Of a stretch of DNA of 64,000 bases, positions 55,400 to 64,000 are shown piece by piece. The translations under genes and the position numbers were made by a program. The DNA is from Epithemia pelagica (lineage: Eukaryota > Protista > Bacillariophyta). The notes under the pieces are model-generated. The model searched no databases. It was given only the letters and a program-made list of their open reading frames with translations, and was not told where the DNA came from. Numbering within the stretch: position 1 is the stretch's first letter; each line of letters begins with the position of its first letter. The stretch covers positions 2,356,001 to 2,420,000 of the forward strand of contig OX337237.1 in assembly GCA_946965045.2 (NCBI GenBank). The letters run 5' to 3'.

Positions 55400-55667
55400 C
55401 ACACAAACCCGTTTTTTCTCTACGCTGTCTACACACAACATACCATAGAGCAAGTATGGCTAGTTTTAGAACGAGACCCCAAGGTTGAGTCTGTGTATCG
55501 TAGAAATGGTAGTACAGATGAAAATACCATGACCAAAGTCAGTTTGGTACCATGTGATGGATTTGTAGAGAGATATGGTCTATTCTGAGTTGAGAAGCCC
55601 TACAAGCTGAGATATATGCTTGGCATTCATCCACGACAATCCATCTTTTTTTCCTGGTAGACACGTC

Positions 55668-57696
55668 TCACGGTTGTGTCATTCGCGCAGCAGAGGCAAA
55701 GTCAAACTGTTCCTGTGGCCAGAGGCATTGCTTGTCTTTCATATGACTGTATTCACAAGACGGGCACGACGATAGGAGATTGGCCCATTTCCCATAATTC
55801 TATTAAAGTAAGGCCGAAGAAAGCACACGCACACACACGCACATGAGAGTCTTAGAAACCAACCAACAACAAGGCGAGACAAAAATTCTCCCAGTACCTT
55901 CACATAACACTTACCCCCAAGTTGTGCACAATGCATTTCGCATGAGACAAGATATACAAATCCACAAAGGTGTCGTAGTGCTCCGATGCCTCATGCGGTG
56001 ACAAGGCTTCCGAGGGCGGATCGGCCTGAATGTCCTTGCCGTCATCCCTTGTTTCTGATTGTTTCCTGTTCTTTTTCTTTTTATTGGGTGGGGACAAATA
56101 GGCATGTCCCAGATCCAAATGCAATGTGTGATCGTCGCCCGCCGCAGAGCTCTGATTCCCTGTTGATGATGAGGCTGGATGACGCCGCATCGTGGCATGG
56201 ACCAAACCCATGTTTTGAGCATAGTGGACCGCGGCTTGGGCCGCCATACCATGGTCGGCCGCCACAAAAATCCGTGTTTGATTATGAAAGGCCAGTGACA
56301 TGGGAGTCGAGGCATTGTTGCGTGCAACCGCGGTCGTGTTGTTGTAGTCGTTTACAAGACTAGTGCTTGAACTCAGTGGATGATGCGCCACCACCAAATG
56401 TCCCAAACAATGGACGGCATTGGTCGCCATGGCCACGCGTTGTGGCTCGGTCAATCGTCGATGGTATCGCGATCGAATGTGAATGGCATGATAGTGATTG
56501 GGAATCAAGTGCAGCTCCTTCATGGAGCGGTCAATTTGTTCCTGAACGGGTGGAGAGGGAACAAAGACGGCCTTCCAACAAGGGTCAAACACTTGTTGGT
56601 AGGATGGAGCAGAGAAAGTTTCGAGAGGCGAGTGGTTCCGAGTGACGTTGGACTCGTCGCCGGATTGTGGCAACACATGAGCATTGTATTCATGGGCGCC
56701 GTGGAAATGTGATTGAATGAGTACCGACATGACTTCCGGGCCCTCGTTCTCAGGGGGAGTGTCCTTGGTCGTGTGTCGCTTTGATGGTATGGTTTCTGAA
56801 ACTTCATGATCTTTGCTGTTGTTTTCATTTTCATTGTTGTCGTCTATATGATGTTGATGATTCAACATCCATTTGTTGAGCTGTGTCATGGATCGGATAT
56901 TGGCGTTTTGGGAAAACTTGTAGTGCTCCATATCTGGATGCGGAGGCCATGTCCAATTAAAGCCAACCAGACTTGATGATTTGGTGGTGGACGACGGTGT
57001 GGTAGGAGGTAACAGAAAGGACTCCAACCGGGCCGGTCGTTCCCAATAGAAAAACAAGAGACGTTTGGTTTGGGCAGCCACGAGAAGATAATAGGGCAAG
57101 GGTTTGAGTCTGTCGGCGGCTCCTCCACAAACCTTGTCTTGAGTCAAACAACGAACTACCAAATAGTCATAATCCTTCCAAGACTCTGTCGCGGAACTAT
57201 GAGTCATGTTCCAACAGGCTTGTCGATGCCAGGCAAAGTACTCGGTCATCCATTTTGGAAGGGGAGGCTTGATGTCACTTGGGTTGATAGCAAGAGGACT
57301 TGTGCTGTTGGTTGGCAAAGGAGGATCCGAAACGGTGTCTTCTTTGTTGATTGGAGCCGTTGGGTTTGACAATTCAATGGACCATTCTTGTGGTCGAAGA
57401 AACTGAAACGGAGGATTGAGGGAAGTCATTCTACGGTCCAGTAGTATCCCAATACCTCCAGACAGAACCATCCAACCAATGGTCGACACTCCCACAGCTG
57501 CGCTCAGCATGGACGCTCTACTTCTCCGCTTTTGCTTGGTTTGGTTGTTTCTCGTGGAATCCTGTAGAATCGTCATGGTGCCGTCACTTTTGGATATCAC
57601 GGATGGCATCCCGAGACGACGAATCAAGCATATCACGAAGCTCGAAGGGAACAAAACTGTGAGATGATTCTTGGGCGACCACATTCTTATTTGCAA
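55668..57696 (-). CDS. Type II membrane O-fucosyltransferase-like (GT-B) protein; intron 55800-55914
   Basis: TM near the N-terminus; 'CGGAADRLK', 'YHAIHIRSR', 'IFVAADH', 'FVDLYILSHAKC', spliced 'LGNYGKWANLL'. The true ATG is probably downstream of 57696. Confidence 0.7.
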
Positions 57697-58455
57697 AACT
57701 GAGACCCTCCCAGAGATCTTGTGTGCGACGTGTAGCTACAAGTTCCGTATGTCTCATAGACGAATACATAGGGAAATGATACTGGTACCTGTTAGGCCTG
57801 CGATGAAGGCAATACTAATATTTTGATATCATCACGACTAAAAATGAGTGCATGACTAAAATCGCCTTAACAAGAAACCAAAAAGGCTTAAAGGGAGTCC
57901 GTTGAAGCATGTGAGACTGCAAGACTTGCGCGCATAACGGATAAGAGATGTTGTGTGTTGTGTGCGCAACCTTCGTTCTCACAAAACCCAGAGACAACAA
58001 TATTATGTTGCACTGTTTTCAAACCTGTCCAGATATGTTGGTGCTGTTGGGTGTACAAGGGAGAATATGGTGTGCCTTAATACCAGTGCTCACTTATGAA
58101 TCTGGTTGAGTGCATCCATTGTGATTTCACATGGGTAAAAGTCGACAACAGAGAAAAACACTGCCGAATTTCTGTCAATCACTCCCACAAATCCCCTTAA
58201 CAGTCAACCACAAATTCCACTGGATACGCTTACCACATAACAACTTGCAATTATAAAAGACTCCACACAATATGTTTCATGGTGTCAATGACTTGGAGCA
58301 ACTTCTCAATTCCCGCGACAACAACAATAACAGCGTTCTCCGAAATGGCATCTACTTTATTCCGATGATGATACGAATGTCAAAAACTCCATGCTTTAAG
58401 TGCAAAATCCTAGATTAAAACTATATCCTTTTCTGGACACGACCTTTCGTATAAT

Positions 58456-60864
58456 TCACAAGCTAATTTGGCCCCATTCATCATCAATTGTGATTGAGGA
58501 ATAATCGTCGTCGTCATCCTCTTCGTCCAGTTCGTATGACGACACCACAGAATCCTGATCTGTATCATCTTTTGCCGACACTGGCGTTTCATGGATCTTT
58601 TGGTTAGTGATAAACACAATGACTCGATTAGAAAGCTCATCTTTGGAGCTGTTGTCCGTCTCTGTTTCGGTCTCTTCTTGTGGGGCTGGTAGATGCTCAT
58701 CGGGAGAATCCGTACGGCGGTCGTCACGAATCGCAACACCCGAACCTCGAGCTCGACACAACCGCATGGCCTTGGCAATGAACCGACCACAACCAACGCA
58801 AATACAGCACACAAAAAATGATAAAATGACCCAAAACAAGAGATCGGCCAGGTCAAAATTGGATGGATCCGCATTGGGAATCCCCCACATGGCTTCGTCA
58901 TCGTCGTGTCCGTGGAGTCCCCCCGTTTGAATCAGGCTTTCCATTGCCGGTATTTGGATGGTTGCAGTTTCACGGTAACAACCATCAAACCATGTTTCAG
59001 AAAACGGTAATGCCAAAGAATCGATTCCTCCAACGATTCTTCTGTGTTCTTCATGTTCATGGGTGGTCAAACAATCGTCGCCGTCAGCACCGTCATAAAT
59101 GGCAAGGAGGACTTCATCGGCGGCACCCGGCTCAAACCCCTCGTAGACAAGATTCTGCAATACTTGTTCCACCTGACTAGGAACCGCGACAAACGTCATG
59201 TGACGATCGCCCACTCCGTTACCAAAGCACTGCCAACTGGATTGAGACCGACCACGACAGGACCAAAAGTCTGCCAAGTGCCTGAATTGAGGATCCAAGG
59301 TCAAACGACCGTTCCTCGTGGTGACATCCACTCGAATCAGATTCAAGTCAAAATCTTTTGAGTCTGTCACCCGTATACCATGGCACAAAAGCTCTTTTGA
59401 ATCCTTTGTACGGTTTGCCGGCAACACGGCTTCTTTCGGGGCATGAAGTTTTGGGCGGTGATTCTTGTGACGAACCACAATGGACTGGACGACAGCTTCT
59501 TGTTGCTTCGCCACAACTACTCCATCATCATCAAGCACCAAAATCCGGTAGGCAAAAGATTCGTTCCAACGCCAGCTGTTGTTGAGTTCAAGTGGCTCGC
59601 CAAGTGCATTCAGTTTGGGGGTATTGAAATACTCCTCGTCGGAGAGGGTATACAGGACAGAGAGTCTCGAAGCATTTTGTCCGTTCATTGGAAGACGGGT
59701 TTGAAGGGTAATGGGAAGAAATTCAGTCTCGTTCCCGGACGACAATGACACGGCCTTGACTGATAGATTCCCATGGGCTGGTAGAGTGGTAAACTCCATG
59801 GCCAAATTCAAAATCGTCTTGGTCCTTACGGTACTTTCGTTGTCGGACCCAATCCCCACCAAGTCAATGGCAACCGCGTCACGAGAAGCTTGAGGTAGCA
59901 CAATAGCGTCCAGAGTCGGACTCTTCCAGTCGAGCGAAACAACATCTTTCGGTTTTTCGTTTTGCAGCGAGGACAAGCCCTCTTGGTACACACTCAACAC
60001 TTGTGCATCGGTGAGACTGGAATCAAAGAGGGAGACTTGGTGAATGGCTCCATGAAAGCGTGCTGTCGACCCGTGTGTTCCAAAGACTTGGAGTTTGGTC
60101 GTATCCCACTGTGCCACAGGTGAAGACGAAAAGGAATTCTTCAAGCCGTGATGCAAGACGTGTCCATTCCAATGAACCGATGTAGTACCCGAGCCCAATG
60201 TTAACACCAAGTGATTGGAGGTGCCACTCGTTTGGGAAACATTAACGTGGTGCAGATACAGAATTCTGCACGACTTTGCTTCGTCGTCATCTTGGTATCG
60301 AATCAAAATGTGATTTAAATACAAGGCGATTTGGAGCTCGTATCCGGGACATCCGAGTGAGGTGACGTAGTCTTGTTCATCTTGATTCTTGTCGACGGTG
60401 GTCCAGGTCAACAACGGATAAAGTTTTGCCTCTTGTGGATGCTCCACTTCTTGTGGATCCGGTCGGAACCAGACCGACACGACCAAGGCTGACGTCGATT
60501 CTCCTTGAGCAAAGTGATTGGACCAAAAATGACGATCGAGAGCCTGTGATTCCAGGTGAGCACCGGTACTGGTATGATTTCCCGATGCTTGAGGGTTCAA
60601 GCTAAGACCAGACTGATATCCACAGGACCATGGATTGGCGTTTGTGGAAGTTGTAGCAGTATGGTTGTTGCTGCTGGACAGCAAATCCGCATGCCCCGAT
60701 ACAGCAGATGGAAAGCGCCATTCGGAAACGGGGCACACTCGGAAATCGTAGTGTTCCACGGCCTCTGGCAGTGGTGCTTCGTCGTCACCGGACTCAATTT
60801 GTCGCCGCAGGTACGGGCGAGCCATGGTTCGTGTGGTTATATCGTCCTTTTCTGGATTGGACAA
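58456..60864 (-). CDS. Single-pass membrane protein with LamG/concanavalin-like and cadherin-like domains (possible extra 5' exon ending at 60968)
   Basis: 'VSVWFRP', 'NHLVLT..TSVHWNG', 'FHGAIHQVSLFDSSLTDAQVLSVY'; 'NHRPKL..IRVTD..IRVDVTTRNGRLTL'; TM 'LLFWVILSFFVCCICVGC'; acidic tail. Confidence 0.75.
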   Translation of the reverse strand: MSNPEKDDITTRTMARPYLRRQIESGDDEAPLPEAVEHYDFRVCPVSEWRFPSAVSGHADLLSSSNNHTATTSTNANPWSCGYQSGLSLNPQASGNHTSTGAHLESQALDRHFWSNHFAQGESTSALVVSVWFRPDPQEVEHPQEAKLYPLLTWTTVDKNQDEQDYVTSLGCPGYELQIALYLNHILIRYQDDDEAKSCRILYLHHVNVSQTSGTSNHLVLTLGSGTTSVHWNGHVLHHGLKNSFSSSPVAQWDTTKLQVFGTHGSTARFHGAIHQVSLFDSSLTDAQVLSVYQEGLSSLQNEKPKDVVSLDWKSPTLDAIVLPQASRDAVAIDLVGIGSDNESTVRTKTILNLAMEFTTLPAHGNLSVKAVSLSSGNETEFLPITLQTRLPMNGQNASRLSVLYTLSDEEYFNTPKLNALGEPLELNNSWRWNESFAYRILVLDDDGVVVAKQQEAVVQSIVVRHKNHRPKLHAPKEAVLPANRTKDSKELLCHGIRVTDSKDFDLNLIRVDVTTRNGRLTLDPQFRHLADFWSCRGRSQSSWQCFGNGVGDRHMTFVAVPSQVEQVLQNLVYEGFEPGAADEVLLAIYDGADGDDCLTTHEHEEHRRIVGGIDSLALPFSETWFDGCYRETATIQIPAMESLIQTGGLHGHDDDEAMWGIPNADPSNFDLADLLFWVILSFFVCCICVGCGRFIAKAMRLCRARGSGVAIRDDRRTDSPDEHLPAPQEETETETDNSSKDELSNRVIVFITNQKIHETPVSAKDDTDQDSVVSSYELDEEDDDDDYSSITIDDEWGQISL

Positions 60865-62478
60865 TGTGATGGACTAGCGTTGAGTTCGAAGTGTGGCTTT
60901 TGTGTGCAAAGTGTTTGACGTCGGTGAATGGTATGCAGTATCAAGATCGACTTGTTGATGGACTCACTAGAGAGTTTATGTGTTTGCAATGGAAGGAAAT
61001 CCTCGTCCACTGGAGGAAGAAAAAACCCATTGCGGTGTTGTGTTGGTGATTTGCATCCGTTTCGCGAAACGGCACAAACCACGAATCACGGATTTGGGGC
61101 AGCTGCTGCGAGACATGAGAGATGGAGCCAGTGTCTTGTGGGTTGCTCATTATTATGAATCGAAACATGATGCAATATCCATAATGGATTCGTAATTCGG
61201 GTGGCTTCGATACAGCTCCGTCAAAACAATTGCAGTTCCTTTGACAGTGACGGAGCGACGTTCCGCACAGACCACAAAAGAAAAATCAACGCCGCTTCTA
61301 CCAACAAGAAATGTAAGCTCAGGTCATGAAAGAACATGATCAATACCGTAGTGATCAGCTCAAATGACACGTTTGATAGGATATGACCTCGGATTGTTGC
61401 TTCTTGTACTGGTCGCGTTCCTGAACTATGATTCCAAAAATTGAAACCTGTCACACACAGTTCCAGCGTGTTCCATTGTCTTTATGATCTGATGGAGGCC
61501 TACGTCAGATTGAATATCTTCCTTTTGTGAAAGATTGGCATTGGACAATTTGCGAGTGACCTGGTTGCGGACCGCATCATCTTCTTAAACACTTCTTGTT
61601 GTCTTCTGGTCTCGAGACAAGAGATCAATGCCTCTGCGCCTGTGACGGACATGGAACGCGCCAAAAAGGGTCCCCCGGCGCGAAGCGCGGGTCCATCTGC
61701 CAGCAGAACAGACAGACCGACTCTATGGTTTGTCTTGCTCGCGAAATGGGTGGTCTAATGAGATTTTCTGGTGAGAAAAGGACATCTTGAAAAAAGATTG
61801 GCCATCAACCATGACAAATGACAACATCGAGTTTAGGTAGTTCATTCAACGGCCAATGGCCATACAATGGAAAGAAAGAAGAAATGGCACACCCCGTCTT
61901 TCGAGCTGGAGAGAGGAGCAGGTTCAAAAGTACTTACGAGCTTCCTCGCAGTCGGTCCGTATAGCATGAACCTATGGCTCCGAGAACAGTTCAAGGCTTT
62001 TACCGGTTATGGAGGCATTTTCCCCATTCGTAACAAAAGCACATCTACTATGCCTAGGTAGTCAAACCACTGGTAGACGCAGGAGTCAAGTAGAGCTGAA
62101 TGGTTGCTTTCAAACAAAATGCGGCCGCAAGACCTTCCAGTTCGCCCAACTTTTTGTTGAGGTTGGATCATGTCTAGATCCACTACCTAGGTTCGATCCA
62201 TGTATACAAACATGAATGTTCGAACGACGGAACACGGAATTCCAACTTGGTGAGTTTCTGACATGGCCGCGACAAGAGGGGGCAAGATCCCCCAGAGTGC
62301 GGAGGTGTACAATAACATGGGGCGTCATCATTGTCGTCTTCTCAACGTACAGAGCGACACACTCGTAATCCTCATTGCGATTACGACGCCCATTATTCTC
62401 ATGCGGTGGACCGTAGGCATGTATTTTTTTCTCTTCACACTGTATCGGACGAGTTTCTGTCGGAAAATTCACCATTCA

Positions 62479-63995
62479 TTACTTGTGTGGGGATTGTGTA
62501 AACAATGGCCAACCTCTCTTGGGACGAAACGTGGAGGAGGAGTAAAGTGGTGATTCCTCTTGGACCCACACGGATTCGTTCCTGGAGGTATGGTCGGTCC
62601 AGTTCCACTCAAACAGGACAAGTCGTTCTTCGGACGTGGAGGCATGGAAGGAAATGAGCATGGTTGTCCTCAAATGGTCCTCCTTCTCGTCCATGGTGGT
62701 AGCATCAAGGATGACACTTGAAGCCAATCTGGTTTCGTTCGTACCGGCAAGAGGGAGAAGAAGGCGACGTGCCTTACACACTCGTAACGAAGGGTTATGC
62801 TGTAATTTGGGGCGTTGCACAAACAATTGAAATGGACTCATGGAATTTTCTTTACATGGCTGGGGAGTGAGAGTTCCAGTGCCATGGTTGGCCGTGAGAC
62901 ACATGGTAGGATCGTGGGTGTCGCGGATTCGGATGGGACGAATGTGAGACAACACCCATTCCACTTGTTTGGGCAGGGGGGAACAATACGCTTGCAACAA
63001 GAGTTCTGCCACGAGACATGGTAATTGTGGAACGGGCGAGCGGGCATATTGGACCGCGGGAGAGACAAAGCGTCGGGGAAGACAGACCAAGCGCTTGTGG
63101 GGCAGTGGCCGCAAAATGTTCACCGCCGCGGGAAAGGTGCGATCGTGAAGCTGGACACTGTTTTGAATTTTTCGCTGCAAAATGTGTTCGGACCAGCCTT
63201 GTGCGGAACGAGGTTCTTCTTCTTGACACCAAAAGGGTTCGGCAATGCTTGTCATGTTTATCTTGTCCAACTTTTGTTTGGTAATTGTTTGATTCAGGTT
63301 GGGACCACCCAAACAAAAGATTCCCGGTTCCAGTAGTGGTTTGAGCGAAAAATAGTCATTGGCCACGTGTGCATTGGGCAGATAGGCAATGGTATCGGGT
63401 ATGTAGGAAAAGTACGTGTCATGGAACCAAGCTTCTCGATCACTCTGTTGGAACGTGTCAAAAAAGGTTTTGGAAGGAACCGGCAAAAACCAAAAGAGAT
63501 CGGGACGAACAAAGAAAAAGTTATCGAGCTTGACGCCTTGTGTGGACATGAGGTTTTGAACATGCCGCCAGGCCCAGGCTCGGGCAAACCACATGGAATA
63601 CCGACGGGGATCTCCGAAACGCGCCATTCGAAGGCGACAACTCAGCAAGTCATTGTCCTCTTTCTGCAAGTATTCCTCTTCCAATTGGTCCATGGCCTGC
63701 TGCTCTTGCAGAGACCCAATGTCATAGGCAGGTTCTACCTTGTGGTAGAAAAAGTATGGGTTCTCCTTGTCATCGTCATTGTCAAGAGACCAAACATTTT
63801 AGCTATTGTTGTTGTTCTTGTCCAATTGGTCGAGTGATGCTGTGACCACGACGACGACGAACCCAAACGAGACGACGACGACGACGACCGGGGTGGTGGT
63901 GATTGTGATGGCAATGGCAAGGTGGTGGACCACCACAATTGAATGGCAAGCATCACGACCAACAGAAGAATCAATGGTACCACTGTACGACCCAA
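62479..63995 (-). CDS. Type II membrane glycosyltransferase-like protein with a ricin-B-like segment; 5'-partial, apparently split by a 1-nt frameshift near 63797-63800
   Basis: The N-terminal TM ORF (63735-63995) and the 404-aa ORF ('FFFVRPDLFW', 'MCLTAN..LTPQPC...FQLF') join if one base is added to the A4 run (minus strand). Confidence 0.55.
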
Positions 63996-64000
63996 GAAAG

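Noticed and set aside
62185-62200. GGTTCGATCC B-box/tRNA T-loop-like motif
   Set aside because: The flanks do not form a T-stem or cloverleaf.
61200-62475. Scattered short ORFs suggesting a decayed gene
   Set aside because: No consistent frame, splice model or recognisable motif could be supported.

Overview
Gene-dense eukaryotic nuclear DNA, almost certainly from a diatom: short GT-AG introns, signal peptide+Phe 'ASAFAP'-type plastid presequences and a Helicase-associated-repeat protein. The species cannot be named from the sequence. Four features stand out. (1) A 7-exon, ~1363-aa Argonaute (3733-8275) keeps the PAZ and MID guide-binding residues but has lost the PIWI catalytic tetrad, and carries a ~150-aa MID insertion and a CxxC-x5-CxxC insertion in PIWI. 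It lies tail-to-tail with a spliced gene that joins a MULE/FAR1-like zinc domain to a piggyBac-like Cys-rich domain, with no DDE core. (2) An 87-bp near-perfect palindrome (19637-19723) sits inside the 5' part of a nuclease-fold-like, tail-anchored ORF. (3) A 9179-bp tandem duplication (22624-31802 / 31803-40984, TAT microhomology) has diverged ends and a nearly identical core. Each copy begins with an array of ~3.7 hairpin-rich 272-bp units, followed by METTL18-like, LYR, GH16, SnoaL-like and DUF5107-like genes; three of these carry plastid-type presequences. (4) The rest is mostly ordinary housekeeping or diatom-type genes (GGT, RING-H2, mitochondrial L3, SDHAF3, SRD5A-like, CIR1-like, rubredoxin, glycosyltransferase-like, LamG membrane protein). 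No rRNA, tRNA or CRISPR array was found by eye. All family assignments come from recognising motifs by eye; no database search was run.
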